Assembly (NCBI GenBank): GCA_003427395.1
Contig: BFEA01000025.1
Coordinates: 4,638,265-4,701,674, forward strand
From: Chara braunii
Lineage: Eukaryota > Plantae > Charophyceae
Direction of reading: 5' to 3'
DNA: 63,410 nucleotides
Shown here: in pieces, positions 24,439 to 36,661 of the stretch
Position numbering within the stretch: position 1 is the stretch's first letter
How the letters are laid out: every line of letters begins with the position of its first letter
The notes under the pieces: generated by a model
Told to the model about the DNA's origin: nothing
Seen by the model: the letters and a program-made list of their open reading frames with translations, nothing else
The model's database searches: none
Position numbers and translations under genes: made by a program

Positions 24439-25711
24439 CGTGGGAATGGAGGCAATGATCAATTCTGCCCTGTATGATTCAGATCTGCGTGCGTGATGTA
24501 TCTGTCTGTTATGGCAACTTGCATTCACCCTACCATACCCCACTAAAGCACCGTTATAGGGTAGCACTGCTTGGGCGGACTTCCTGTAGATTGCGGTAAA
24601 GGTGCCCATACATGTACCTCACAATCTGTACACTCGTCTGATTATGAGATGCATTCTACTTCCTGACATCCTTCTTGTTTCGGGCCGTCAAGGGATTCTT
24701 CTGCGGCGGGGTAGAAAGAAGTTCAGGGTAGAGATGATAGTAGTAATAACGCTTGGCTCGGGACTGCGAAGGAAGTCCTAGATGAGAAGATGAACATCCT
24801 GCGAAGGAAGTCCTAGATGAGAAGATGAACATCAACATAGCCTTGAGAACCGAAAAACAAAAAAATGGAAGTGAGAGTTCATGTGTGCGTGAGGGCGAAA
24901 ATGAGGCGAAGTGGAGGAGAATAGTACAGTGAGTGCAATGACAAGTTCAGTTAGCTTTGAGGAGGAAAAAATGGTAAATGGAATCAGGAAACACTATGAG
25001 CGGAAGGATTTTTTTTTTTTTTTTTTTTTTTTGATTGAGGGTACGTCAAGCGAGGTTGAAGGGGTGCTTAGGAGTAGTAGCATGTACGTAGTGTATGGTG
25101 AAATTGAGAGAAGAATCTAGCTTTTTTTTTTTTTTTTTTTTTTAAGTGTGATCGTTCTTTCTGCTTCGGGCTGTTCTGGTCTTTTGCGGTGGTTGTTGCT
25201 CACCTCGGTGAACGCTCCCTCATCGTATGCTAATCTCCCCCCTCCCCCCCCTTCCTCCCTCCCACTTTTCCATCCATTTGTCATTGCCGAATTAACTTCG
25301 TCGTACAAAGATGTCGAGGGGAGATTCAGTGTACATTGAAGCTAAGGCGTCAAGTTGAGGTAAAGAAGTCTTGGTAGTGTGCGCAGTTCTCCAAACCGCC
25401 ACATTTTGGATGTGGATTTTTGAAATGCTTGCCCTTTTTTCCTTCATCTAAAGGGCAACGACCTTGAGATATGACCGTTAAACTGACCGACCTTAGGTAG
25501 TTCGGAATTATCTTATTTCATTCATATAGTTAAAAAATGAATTGATATTTTTTTGGTTTCTTTTTTTTTTTTTTTTTTCGCGCTTTTGCGCTCTTATATC
25601 TATGTGACGATATATATTGTCACTCTTTGAACCGGAGCGCAAAAGCGAAGACAAGAAGAAAGGAAGAGAAAAGAGAAAGGAAAAGAAGAGGCAAGTATAT
25701 ATGTATATAGT

Positions 25712-25780
25712 TCCATCTGGACTCGAACTCTGGTCTGCATTTCAACAGCAGTTCGGGGGTGTACCAACTGAGCTAGGCCC
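25712..25780 (-). mobile_element. Short tRNA-derived repeat (family member)
   Basis: Minus strand reads GGGCCTAGCTCAGTTGGTACAC...GAGTTCGAGTCC. Related + strand copies lie at about 29053-29120, 29296-29360, 32577-32640 and 42041-42135, with weaker ones at about 34633 and 35205. Confidence 0.7.
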
Positions 25781-26589
25781 GTTGTTTGCGCGCATTTTTT
25801 TTCTCATCCCAGAATATGGCAGTTTGCCCAGAAACAACTAAACCAGAATGTTGGGACCCCCCCAAAAAAGTGGATGCCGTTGGTAAAGTAGTCCCTATTC
25901 AATGGATCGGACGAACGTATAGAACTGGCGACACAAAAACAGACGGCAAAGTATTTGGACGATTCCTCAATCCTGTTTACATAGGGAAGGACGTGAGATG
26001 GAACTCTCGATTAGCAGCAGCTGATAGATTCTCTAGAGAGATATGCTATTCTGTAAGATCGGGGTTTGCTCATTGCAGAATTTTGGGCACCGCCGCTGTG
26101 TTGTAAATGTATTGTAGATATAGACAAGCATTGTCGAAATTAACGATAGTATCGAAATTAACGATAGTATTTCTATAAATTCCAATTTATTGCTAGATAA
26201 ATATAGACGAAATTCAGAGCTTGGGATAGAAATGAGTATGCAGTGGAGGAGTTAAGAATGAGAAATGGAATGATTTCAATGTGTCTTTGTTTTTTTATTT
26301 TTATCCTTCTTGTTGAGTGTAAAAAAAATGATAAAACACTGAAAGAAATAAGAATACACTAAAACAAAGAAGAAAGGAGACACTGTTTTCTGTCTTTCTG
26401 GTTTGTCTGTCTCTTTGCCTCTGTCCTTTCATTTTTTTTCTTTTCTTCGCTCATCTTATTTCTTCTTCTACTTCGTGTTTGCACTCTTAGTCAATAGTTC
26501 TGTGACCATATATATATGACGACATATATACCAGCGTGGCCCGGGACCACTTGCCCGGCCTGGCCGAATATATAATATATATACATATA

Positions 26590-27245
26590 CGGGGTGGGGA
26601 CAGCCGCCGCTCAACCTACATCCACGTGGGCGGCCTTGTACGCAAGAGGTTCTGAACAGGGGGAAGGAAGAAGATAAAAAACTGAATTCATTTTTTCTTT
26701 TTTTTCTTTCTTTTCTCCTTTTTGTTCGCATTTGCGCTCTGATACTCTTGTGACAATATATATATACATATAACTCTCCTTGGGTATCCATGTGAACATC
26801 CACATCATCCTCACCGTAGCTGTCCTATCTGCCGAGGTGGGAACAGTTAAAGAAAAAACGAAAAAACGAGAAAAAAAGAAAAAAAGAGAAAAAAAGAAAA
26901 TAAGAAAATGAGGAAAAAGAAAAAATATGTTGATCTGTGGGATGTGTTATTTGCTTTGTGACAAATGGATTATCTGTGGGATGTGTCATTTGCTTTGTTT
27001 CCCTGTCAGGAGGTTTCCTCCTTTTCTTTACCTCTTTGCCTTTTGGTTGCGTACAAGTGGGTCCTTGTGACACACGGGGATGGGGGCAGCCAGCGCTCAA
27101 CCTGTCATCCACGTGGCTGGCCTTGTACGTAAGAGGTGATGAACAGGTGGGGCTTTCCTTCTTTTCCTTTCCATCTTTTCCTTTCCTTGTTTTGCTTTTT
27201 TCCGCTTTTGCGCTCCGATTGACAGTGTGACAATATATGTATATT
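26590..27245. repeat. Dispersed direct repeat pair (about 170 bp)
   Basis: GG..GGG..CAGCC..CGCTCAACCT..CATCCACGTGG..GGCCTTGTACG...GTGACAATATAT at about 26590-26765 and 27075-27245. Confidence 0.75.
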
Positions 27246-29010
27246 ATAATATATAATAAATAAAAAAAATTATTTTTTTAAAATTTAGTAACGAATTTCG
27301 ATCAAATTCGATGTGAGGTGAAATTTGTTCAGAAAATAGGGCACAACCATGCATAAAATTCGGAGGATGCTGTCGCCAACTCTGATGAGATGGCTCTCTC
27401 TCTTTTCACTTTTTTTTTTTTTTTTGGTTATTCCGAGGATGTCGTTTGAAGCACATCGAGCGATGCCAGATTCCGTGGAAATCAATGTTCCTTATTGNGG
27501 GGGGGGGGGGGGGGGGGGGGGAGTATGATTGACCGTGAGGTCGGAAATTGCCCATTGGTGTCTACTAAAGTGGGACAGACTCGAAGCTGGGGCAACTGCT
27601 GGTGACCGGGCTTTTGTAGCCGTAGGTGGTTCTTAGGATGCGCAAATAACTCAGCTGCTGGATGCGCACGTCAGCAGGCGATGAGCTCTCAAAACTTGGG
27701 CTGAGGAGAATAGGGTGTAGCTGTAGTTGGGCCTTAGGACGCGCTGTGGTGTACAGTGGGCAGGGGATGAAATCGAAGGAGGAGCATGCGCACTGCGAAG
27801 TCGTACATGTGAACAGTCTGTAATTATGGGTGAAAAATCGCGCAATTGTAGTCTTGAGTGTCAACTCCGTGTCCTCCACCACTTGCCACTACCAGACCAG
27901 GATTACTCACAGACTCGTCACATCACCTCTACTCCTCACTTTTCCACAGCATCTCATAACACCTCATAGACAAAGACAACTACTCGGCAAAGCGAGGAGT
28001 CAGGCAGAACCGACCCAATCCCAAACCACCAAGCCCCGGAATCAGCTCGGGTCACAGGACGGCGCTACACGTCCCGGCAAATCGCGCAATTGTAAGGCGA
28101 ACACCTATTCGAATCGTTTTCCCCACTAAATACTCTATAATAAATTATTTCGAATCGTTCTAAAAAATAAATTTCTAATCGTTTTTAAACAGCAGGATTT
28201 TCAAAATCGTCGGTAGTTACGTGCTTAATTCGTTCTGCTAGGGAAAAGGGGGGAAAAAAAACCGTTCTTCTGGGGGCATTCGATGCTCGGCATCAGCTGA
28301 AAGTAGTTGATCGCGGGTTCGAATCCTATCGAAGAATGTTTCTCGACCCGTTTTTTGACGTGGATGGCATGCAAGCTATATTCAATGCTATCGACACGCG
28401 GCTCAGTTCCCGGTCAGCATGCAGACTAGCATGTGATTAGCCTGCCCAAAAGCATTTTACTACTGAATGAAGGATCCGAGAGTCTTTTGCTCGTTCACTC
28501 TGGCTTGATTCTTCTCTCTCTCTCTCTCTCGGCTTACGGTTCCATTTTTAACTGTCTCCAGATTACTGACTCAAATCCGATTCTAACGAGAGTTCGAACT
28601 CCATCGAATGGTTTATAATTGCAGGTTTCTGTCCCGTTTTATACGAGTAGCAGATGAGCATTAGAGAAAATACAGTAATTCGGCGCTGTAACGAAATCCG
28701 TTCCCAAGCGGTGCGATACGGTACAAAGGTCTTAAGAACCCTCGCTCCACCACTCACCACATGCAAAAAAGATGCAAAAAAGATATTATGGCAGTGTATC
28801 TTTCCATGTTGTAGTGGAAGATTCGTTCTCATTTTGCACATTTGGTGAGTGGTTGATCAGAGCCCGTAACTCTGCTAGTTGTTTCAGGCACGCGGATGTG
28901 CGTGCGTGCTTGTTGATATGATATATCGTTTGTCTAACAAAGGATCCGTATAACCATTACTGTCGGAATTTCACTGGAGTCCTTCCGAATGTCACTGAAG
29001 TTGGGCTATC

Positions 29011-29049
29011 GTCCTTTTCGGGACATTCCGTCCAAAGTGGAACGATACC
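29011..29049 (+). pseudogene. U6 snRNA 5' fragment
   Basis: GTCCTTTTCGGGACATTCCGTCCAAAGTGGAACGATAC matches the plant-type U6 5' end. Confidence 0.75.
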
Positions 29050-29784
29050 AGCGGGCCTAGCTGTCAGTTTGTACACCTGTGAACTGCTGAAATACAGACC
29101 TTCGTTCGAATCCAGATCGAACTACATGAGCTGAAGTCCTGAATTACCTTTCAAATTGGAACGATTCCAGCCCGGCCTATACCTTCTTTCCCCGAATAGA
29201 ACGCACAGCCGTTGTTTCTGCATCTGGTACTGAAATGTGACCCAAATGCAGCACAGCCATAATGACCGTACGTTCGTTCGATTCGGGGAAAGACGGGTAG
29301 CTCTGTTGGTACACCTATAAACTGTTGAAATACAGACCTGAGTTCGATTCCACAGACCGAGCCAGATGATCTGGATGGATTCCTGAATTACCTGGTGGTG
29401 CTGCAGGTCACCTTCAGGACGATGTCTCAAGTCCGTCGCCTTGTGGGATGCAGACGCGAAGCGTCTGCTCTTCGAGCCTTGTTATACTCACGGATAGTTA
29501 TAAGAAAAAAAAAAGAAAAAAAAATAGAAAAAAAAGAGGGTGAGGAAAGAGAAACAAGAAAGAAAAGAAAGGGAAAGGAAAAAAAAAAATGAAACGATAC
29601 AGAGGAATAAATTGCTGCAAGATACACTCAGCCAAAGGACAAGTGCTACCGGTAGTATGCCTTTAGATTGACGACCATTCTTTCGCTACCGCGCTGTTTG
29701 TTTTTTTTTTTGCCGCACCTTTTTTCTGTGGAGCACCTCCACCTGTGATGTGAACAAACACTCCTTCAGTCTGTCTCAGTCAGG

Positions 29785-29860
29785 ACAGAAAAAAAAAAGA
29801 AAGATTAGCATGGCCCCTGCGCATTCGAGGATGACACGCATATATCCGGAAATGCGTCTA
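29785..29860 (+). pseudogene. U6 snRNA 3' fragment followed by a degenerate tRNA-Asp-like piece
   Basis: AAGATTAGCATGGCCCCTGCGC..AGGATGACACGCAT, then GTGGTAA..TCACGCGGGAGA..GTTCGATTCCC, a C-run and an A-run. Confidence 0.8.
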
Positions 29861-30020
29861 CATTCGTGGTAACTTGCGCGTATCACGCGGGAGATGCAGG
29901 CAAGTTCGATTCCCGACATCCGCCCCCCCCCAAAAAAGGAAAGCAAGCCAAAAAAAAAAAAAAAAAAAAAGGAAAAAAAGTTGAATGGGCTTATCCGAAC
30001 CTCACCGGAGTTGGATGACC

Positions 30021-30250
30021 GTCCTTTGAGGACATACGTCCAAATTGGAACGAGAGCGAGAAAGAGGTTAGCATGGTCCCTGCACAAGGATGGGCCGCGC
30101 TCCACAACTCAACGACAGTGCAAAATGAGAATGAATCTTCCGCTAGAACATCGAATGATTCAACGCCAATTTGTTTTTGTCTTTTATACATGTAGCGAGT
30201 AGTGGAACGAGGCCCGCTGACAAACACAAATTGAGAAATGGTCCAATTTT
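30021..30250 (+). pseudogene. Full-length U6 pseudogene split by a MITE
   Basis: U6 5' part at 30021-30091 and 3' part (GAGAAATGGTCCAATTTT) at 30216-30250. Confidence 0.85.
30092..30215. mobile_element. MITE with GGGCC(T/G)CGCTCCAC.ACTC TIRs
   Basis: Inverted ends GGGCCGCGCTCCACAACTC / GAGTAGTGGAACGAGGCCC interrupt U6. A related copy lies at about 28738-28865, with single TIRs at about 20873-20894 and 31021-31042. Confidence 0.8.
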
Positions 30251-30255
30251 ATTGT

Positions 30256-30307
30256 TAAGTATCCCTGCCTGTCACGCAGGAGACCGGGGTTCGATCCCGG
30301 CCAACCA
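30256..30307 (+). pseudogene. 5'-truncated tRNA-Asp(GTC)
   Basis: TAAGTATCCCTGC-CTGTCAC-GCAGGAGACCGGGGTTCGATCCCGG gives an anticodon arm (GTC) and T arm. The acceptor 5' strand and most of the D arm are missing. Confidence 0.8.
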
Positions 30308-30566
30308 CCACCCCCTCCCCCCCGCCCCCCCCCAAAAAAAACACACACACAAAAAAAAAAATTGGCTGGATCGCCTTATCCGAAGCATCGCCGAAGTTGG
30401 TGGAAAGTTGGTGGATGCCTTAATAGGAAATCTTACCGAAGATGGATAACCGTTTATAATCGGGGCCGGACGTTCTATAAATAGTTACCGTTGTAAATCT
30501 GTTGTGGACGCGGACTTTCTTCAGCTATGAAGAACGGTTCATACACTAGAGTGAAGGTTGTAAATC

Positions 30567-30696
30567 GTCCTTCGGGACATCCGTTCAAATTGGAACGATA
30601 CAGATAAGGGTAATTAGCAAATTGCCCCTGCGCAAGGATGGCATGCATAAATCGAGAAATGGTCCAAAAAAGAAAAAAGAAAAAAGAAAAAAGAAG
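30567..30696 (+). pseudogene. Processed full-length U6 retrocopy with A-rich tail and 12-bp TSD
   Basis: GTCCTTCGGGACATCCG...AAATGGTCC plus A tail. AGGTTGTAAATC occurs at 30555-30566 and 30697-30708. Confidence 0.92.
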
Positions 30697-31426
30697 AGGT
30701 TGTAAATCAGTTAGTTGTGGGAGAGTTCATGGGAAACGAAATTGCAAATTGTGTGACGTTTGGCGTTGAAAATGATGGGGTGGTGGGGGGTAATGTAAGG
30801 CGAGCAGCTAATCGGTGATGGGTGATAGGGGTGCAATTGATTATACTAGTAGGTTTATGTTTTTGTTTTTGTCTTCCCCTGACTAGAAATAGGCCCCGAT
30901 TCACAACATTGTATGTGTATCTCGACAGTTTGGCGAACCAGATACATTCGGACTGATCCAAAATTTTGAATGTATTTGGATGGATCATAGTGCCAGACAA
31001 CAGGCAGATACGTTTACGATGTTGAGTAGTGGAGCGAGGCCCATACTTGGGGGGCATCAAGGGGGAGGTAGGTGTTGCCATCGTCCTCGTCGTCTGGAGA
31101 CAGGTCCCACTAGCGAAGAGGAGTCGTTAAGCTCCTGAGTCTGGACGTGTTTAAAGCAGAGATTCAGAAAAGCAGTTCAATCTCGATTCCCTCCACCTTT
31201 CCACAACCACGTCCAGATTCAGGCGGTTCAATCCCAATCCTTTATGCTAATGGGACCTCGCCCGTGGGGAGGCTGCTGCCATCATCATACCTGCCCTCCG
31301 GAGGATATTGGCACCGTACTACCGGTAGCCATGAGAGTGAATGGTGCACTTACTGCTGCAAACACGTGGTGAGTTTATAGTCCTCCTTGACGCAATTCTT
31401 GTTGGGGCTAGAGGCGGAAGGCTCTC

Positions 31427-31580
31427 GCCGCACGGCACACGAAACGAAAACGAACCGAGTGCATCTGCCCACGAAAGGTGGCAAAATACACTCGTTGGTA
31501 TTTATAGCGAACCGATGGACCGGGCCGTTTTCTGCAGCAAGATGCATTCGTTTCGTTTGTCGTTTCGTGTGCCGTGCGGC
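31427..31580. mobile_element. MITE-like inverted repeat
   Basis: GCCGCACGGCACACGAAACGA / TCGTTTCGTGTGCCGTGCGGC. A degenerate second copy lies at about 31812-31963. Confidence 0.7.
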
Positions 31581-31669
31581 GACGCCCGAAGTGGCACCAC
31601 CGCACTACCGGGGTAGTACTGACGGTGCTAAATCACGGCGAAGCGGCCGTCGGATTCCAAAATGCGTAG

Positions 31670-32238
31670 CCGGAATAAGGGTCAGATCCCACTACCCTGG
31701 ATTATTCCTTTTTCACCCTCGATTACGAAGATCAACGGTCAGAAATGAACAATAGGGGCTAGTGGGATCTGGCCCTAAGAGAGCTTTGGGACGGTGGGCC
31801 TCCCCACCAGTGCACACGAAACGAAAAAAAAGGAAACTAGTGAATCTTCCCCACAGAAAAGGGAATGATTCGTCCGCGTCTGCTATAAGTAGTAACAAAA
31901 ATGTAATTTCCCACTCCTGTGGGCAGATGCACTCGTTTTTTTTTTTTTCGTTCGTTTCCGTGCGATTTCAGTTGGACCATCCGGGAATCAGGACAGTATC
32001 AGGATCCAAGGATCCAACGGCGGTCAGGACAGTATCAGGATCCAAGGATCCAACGGCGGTCGCGGTCAATTGACGAAGTCTATGGCCGAAATGTGGCAGC
32101 TCTTGGCGGCTGAGTCTTTAGGGGAGTTGGGCCCAGATCCCACCAGCCCCTATTGTTCATTTCTGACCGTTGATCTTTGTAATCGAGGGTGAATAATCCA
32201 GGGTAGTGCGATCTGACCCTTGATCTGTTTTTACCGGC
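31670..32238. repeat. Long inverted repeat (about 110-bp arms, foldback-like)
   Basis: 31670-31778 is the reverse complement of about 32128-32238. The spacer holds a MITE-like piece and a 36-bp tandem duplication. Confidence 0.85.
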
Positions 32239-33165
32239 TGTCGAAAACAGCCTATATACCCTTTCAGATTTGGGGCCCACTCAGGAATCGCCCCATTCTG
32301 AAGGAAGAAGCGGGCGAGGAGGAAAAGTCTCGATCGATGATCGGCGTCTCCAGGGGGCCATCCTCTCACATCAATGATATGTTTAGGGTGTGTACCGTCG
32401 GCCTAAGAACTACCGTTCGGGGAAGTCTTTCCCCGAACACAAGGCACCATCATTTTGACTGCATCGGGACGGAAAGATAGTCTGTATACATTCATTATCA
32501 GGGTGCGTTATGTTCGGGGGAAGGCGGTAGCTACCAGGTCCTCTCCTGGCACCTGAAAAAGAACGAAAAACCAACTGGACAGCTCCGTCGGTACACGACC
32601 GAACTGTTGAATTCCATACCTGCGTTCGAACTGAAACTCCTCTCGACGCAGATGAGTAAAATATCACAATTCTGAATTACTAAGGCCGTTGCCCTTTTGA
32701 AAAAAGGAAGAAAAGGAAGTAAGGAATAAAAAAAGAGAAGGGGAAAAAAAAGGGAAAAAAGAAACGAAAGAAAAAAAAGAAAGAAAAGAAAAGGAGGGTC
32801 TACTGTGGTTTGTTCTCTCTTTTTCCGTGTATTGTTAGGCCTTGCTTGCTTTGGAGTCTGTCTTCATCCTTGCGCTGGAGTTTAGCAGTTTTCCACCACC
32901 TCACCTCTAGAGGTGTAGGCGATTTTTTCCCCCCCCTTATTTTGTTTTTTTCCACTGAATCTTGTTTTTTTTCACCGAATCTTGTTTTCTCCCCCCGAGT
33001 CCTTTTTTTTCCACCGAATCTGTGAGCTCACAGAAGAGAATTGCAGGCATTCGTGCACCACGACTGCCGTGTGACCGCACAAGGGGCAATTTTGCAAGTG
33101 GCAGGGTGTCCAGGCATTGTGTTTTCCAATTTGCTACCCCTGTGTGACTGCACAACACAGAGAAC

Positions 33166-33270
33166 TACTGTCTTCATCAGAATGGAATGCCTGGTCATTA
33201 TATCTGTATTTGGTGCAAGTTTCAGTCCAGATATAATGATCGGGGGCACTCTATTCGGGTGAAGACGGTA
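33166..33270. mobile_element. Tc1/pogo-like MITE of about 100 bp (TA-flanked, CYGTCTTC termini)
   Basis: TA-CTGTCTTCA...TGAAGACGG-TA. Other copies lie at about 29178-29300, 32424-32529, 34790-35009, 41161-41270 and 41895-41978. Superfamily is inferred from TA flanks and termini. Confidence 0.7.
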
Positions 33271-33574
33271 GCGAACTGGGAGTAGCAAACGTGGCAGGCC
33301 AATTGTGCTGTTTTGCTGTTTTGCTACCTGTGTGTGAGTATGCCCTGACTCCTAATATTTGAGTAGATAGGGACGAAGCGGTCTCTGCCATGACATCGTC
33401 GTAACCCATCGATGATTCGCCTTGCAGGGTCATGATAGTATATATATCCTTCTTTTTTTTTGTTGATAATATATAGTATATATATCCTCTGTCTTCGTTT
33501 CCAACTTCTTCCTTTTTCGAAATGTTAATTTATAGCTGCTCAGTATTGTTCTGAGTTGAAGAAACAGAGAAGAT

Positions 33575-33582
33575 ACATCCGT

Positions 33583-33614
<32 letters not shown>

Positions 33615-33623
33615 GGCCCCTGC
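33575..33623 (+). pseudogene. Internal U6 fragment between 20-bp direct repeats
   Basis: ACATCCGTTAAAATTGGAACGATACAGAGAAGATTAGCATGGCCCCTGC, flanked by AGTATTGTTCTGA(G/C)TTGAAG at 33542 and 33626. Confidence 0.88.
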
Positions 33624-33794
33624 TTAGTATTGTTCTGACTTGAAGGAAAAAAAAACAGACAGAAGAACAGTGGTGATGTCTGCCAACCTCTACTTGGCTT
33701 TGTCCCTTTTCGTTTTTGTTTTTGTTTTGCTCTTTTCCATTGGCATGTACATTTCCTTCCCTGATGTCCACGTTCAATTGCTCGTCTTCTGCAG

Positions 33795-33850
33795 AAGGAA
33801 ATTTGGGGGAGCTTCAGCAGACCATCACTATTGGAAGAAATGGCCCCAGG
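33795..33850 (+). CDS. EGF-like-domain membrane protein, coding exon 2 (stalk)
   Basis: TCTTCTGCAG| acceptor and AGG|GTGAGT donor. The 56 bp converts phase 1 to phase 0 and reads EGNLGELQQTITIGRNGPR. Confidence 0.72.
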
Positions 33851-36395
33851 GTGAGTGCCACGTTTTTCTCTCTTCTTCTTGTGTCTTTATTCGCACCTAT
33901 TTCCCTTCCCTTCCCCTATCAGGGCATGCATACTCACAGCGGGAGTTTTTTGACGCAGCTTTGGACGTGATTGCTGCCAGATGCATTCAAGTCCACCCGT
34001 CATGTTGGTCAGATACGTTGAGCAAAGTGCTAGTGCGAGCATGCGCCCTCTCTCTCCCTCAACCGTTTTTTAATCATCCATTCACTTGTATAATGCAGCA
34101 TGACATGGCTGTGACATGGCTGCAAGATGTAACGAGTGGATGCGTTTATTATTCAAATTTTGAGGCTCTGTATGTTCTGGTGGTTATACGATTCATTTGT
34201 GTGTTTGCGTGACTCTGTATGTTCTGGTTTTTATATGATTCATTCATGTGTTCGCCTGACCGTACCTGCTTAGAATGGTGTGTCATATACACGGCCATGC
34301 AAACGCACAAACGAATTATAGCTTTGTCTTTAGTTTCACGTGTCCGTCGTTGTCATGTTTACTGAATCAAAATGCGTCTGCCGAGTTAAGCGAGCATAAG
34401 CAATCGGGTAGGAATCAGGCCGCTTCATCTAGTGCGAGCGTTAAAAACATGGAATTTTGCTGCTGACTGACATGTAGTTTTGTTTGTCTTTAATTGAAGC
34501 CCAGATCCGTGGGCTCGGGCTGATAAAAATGAAATCGTATGTGTCTCGTGCATCTAGCATTGATGAACATAGAAATTATTACGGAAGCACGACTGACACA
34601 TTTCATAGATGTCAATAACGATGAGCACACCCAGGCCATGTGAGCGAGTCGTACATATACAGAACTGGTAGCAAACAGTGCACGAGTTCGAATCCGGGTG
34701 TGGAATCAGACAAAGACAACGAGGCTAGGGGCGACCCTGTCATTTAAAAAACAATGATGATGAGCTTCGTCGGCAAACTGAAAAGTCTTTTTGAGCACTT
34801 CCGGCTTAACCGGAATACAATGTACGGTCATTATAACTGTATTTGTAGCAACTTTGAGTCTAGATGCAGCAGGCAAACTGAAAGTCTTTTTGAGCACTAC
34901 CGGCTTAACCTGGAACAATGTACGGTCATTATAGCTGTATTTGTGGCAACTTTGAGTCTAGATACGGCAATCAAAATGACGGTATGCTGTATTCGGGTGA
35001 AGACGGTAGATCTGGGCAGGACATGCCTTTGGAGTGCGGCGCTCTGTGGTGGCCCGCACTCGTTTTATACACAGCTCACTAAATGTCCGTGATATCATTA
35101 GAGTGTGATTGTGCCAAAGGAATTTGTTTTCCCCCCGATGCATTAGAGTGTGTTTCAACTCTACGGAAGTGTTAGTGACGACTGCGGAGTGACAACCACA
35201 CACGTGTATGGCTGAATGGTACATGCATGTAGCTGTTGGTAAACAGGCCATGAGTTCGAATCCTGATGGAATTAGTTGAAGAAGAAAGGATGCTTAGGTG
35301 AACAAAAACAGGAATGACAATTACGAGAGTGATTATGACCATGGTAAAGTTGGTAATGATGAGGATGAGATGGCAACCAAAAAAATAAAAAAAAAAGAGT
35401 GTTGGATGATGGTGATTAGAAGGATGAGACGAATGATGATGATGATGATGATGATAGTTTCCATGGCACAGTGAAACACAGTTAGGAATACGTTGCTGCT
35501 AATGTCTCCGTCACAACAACAGAAAAAAAGACAAATGACAGTCAGTCTGCAACAATGGGAGGTGTAGGGAATGGCAGTCACACAGTTCTTTGGACCCTGC
35601 CACTGGGTTGTCCCGACCCCAGTGATTACGAGTATCAAAGTTATGAAGGTAGTGGCAGCGACAGCGGCAGGAACAGGGTTGATAGCAGTGGTTATAATCA
35701 TTATGTTGGTAATGGCGATGAGGATGGTGCTGAGGCTCGGTGATTAGGTTGATGGTGAATGAAGACTATGATGCCGGTGATGATGATGCCGGTGATGATG
35801 ATGCCGGTGATGATGATGATGATGATGATGAATATGATGATGATGATCACAGCGTCATGGGCACCACTTTCAATGGGGATGACGATGATGATAATGATAA
35901 TGATGAAGATCATGTTGAAGTGCAGGTCGTACGAGCAATAAGTTGAATTCTAAATGATCTGGGGAGGAAGAAGGATGGGAACCAGGTGGACTTTTGTGAC
36001 TGAGTTTGAGGGAAGAGGGTACGGCAAGCTGTTTCTCTTCCCTTTTGTATGCTTTAGGGGAAGGGAGGGTTGGATGGGCATGAGACGTTTTTGAAAAAGG
36101 TGGGGTGTTGGGATGTTGTTTGCTTAGCAAGTTTATTTAGTTCGTTCCTAATCATTATGCTTCTTATTCCAACTCGTCGGTAGAACAGAAAAAAAAAAAA
36201 AGCTCATGCGAGACTTGTTTTGCCAGATCTATGATCGAGTGAAATACCACTTTTGCAGATGCTGGGAGAGAAGTCGGTTCTCACATTTCTTTGAACAGTG
36301 TTTACTTTCTGCCCCGTAAATGTGCCTGGTGTGTTGCCCATGTCTTTTTTACAGCTGTTTTTTTTCTTCTTTCCCTTTTTTTTTTTTTTTCTTTC

Positions 36396-36448
36396 CAATG
36401 GACCATGGATCAGATATTAAACTGATCAGAACAAATACTACACTTGAT
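36396..36448 (-). pseudogene. U2 snRNA fragment
   Basis: Minus strand reads ATCAAGTGTAGTATTTGTTCTGATCAGTTTAATATCTGAT (U2 branch-recognition region and stem IIa), followed by an A-rich tract. Confidence 0.85.
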
Positions 36449-36487
36449 TTATTTATTTTTTTATTTTTTTTATTTTTTTTAATTATT

Positions 36488-36537
36488 GTGGCCCGATGGA
36501 CCACGGATCAGATAATAAACTGAGCAGAACAAGTACT
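36488..36537 (-). pseudogene. Second U2 snRNA fragment
   Basis: Minus strand reads AGTACTTGTTCTGCTCAGTTTATTATCTGATCCGTGGTCCATCGGGCCAC plus an A-rich tract. Confidence 0.75.
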
Positions 36538-36661
36538 TGGCTATGTGTCCGTCTCTCACAGGATTCTCATTGTTTTTTTTTTGTTTTTTTTTTTTTAAGT
36601 AGTTTTGAACTTTGAACGCTAATCGATTGCAATCTTCTCCTTGTCTCCGCTTTGCTTGCAG

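Noticed and set aside
24109-24609. ORFs with ER/SL/CV repeats (likewise 35555-35946, 55531-56028, 57982-58239)
   Set aside because: Microsatellite artefacts.
30567-30665. Functional U6 gene
   Set aside because: Insertions in the ACAGAGA/ISL region, an A tail instead of a T terminator, and a TSD show it is a retrocopy.
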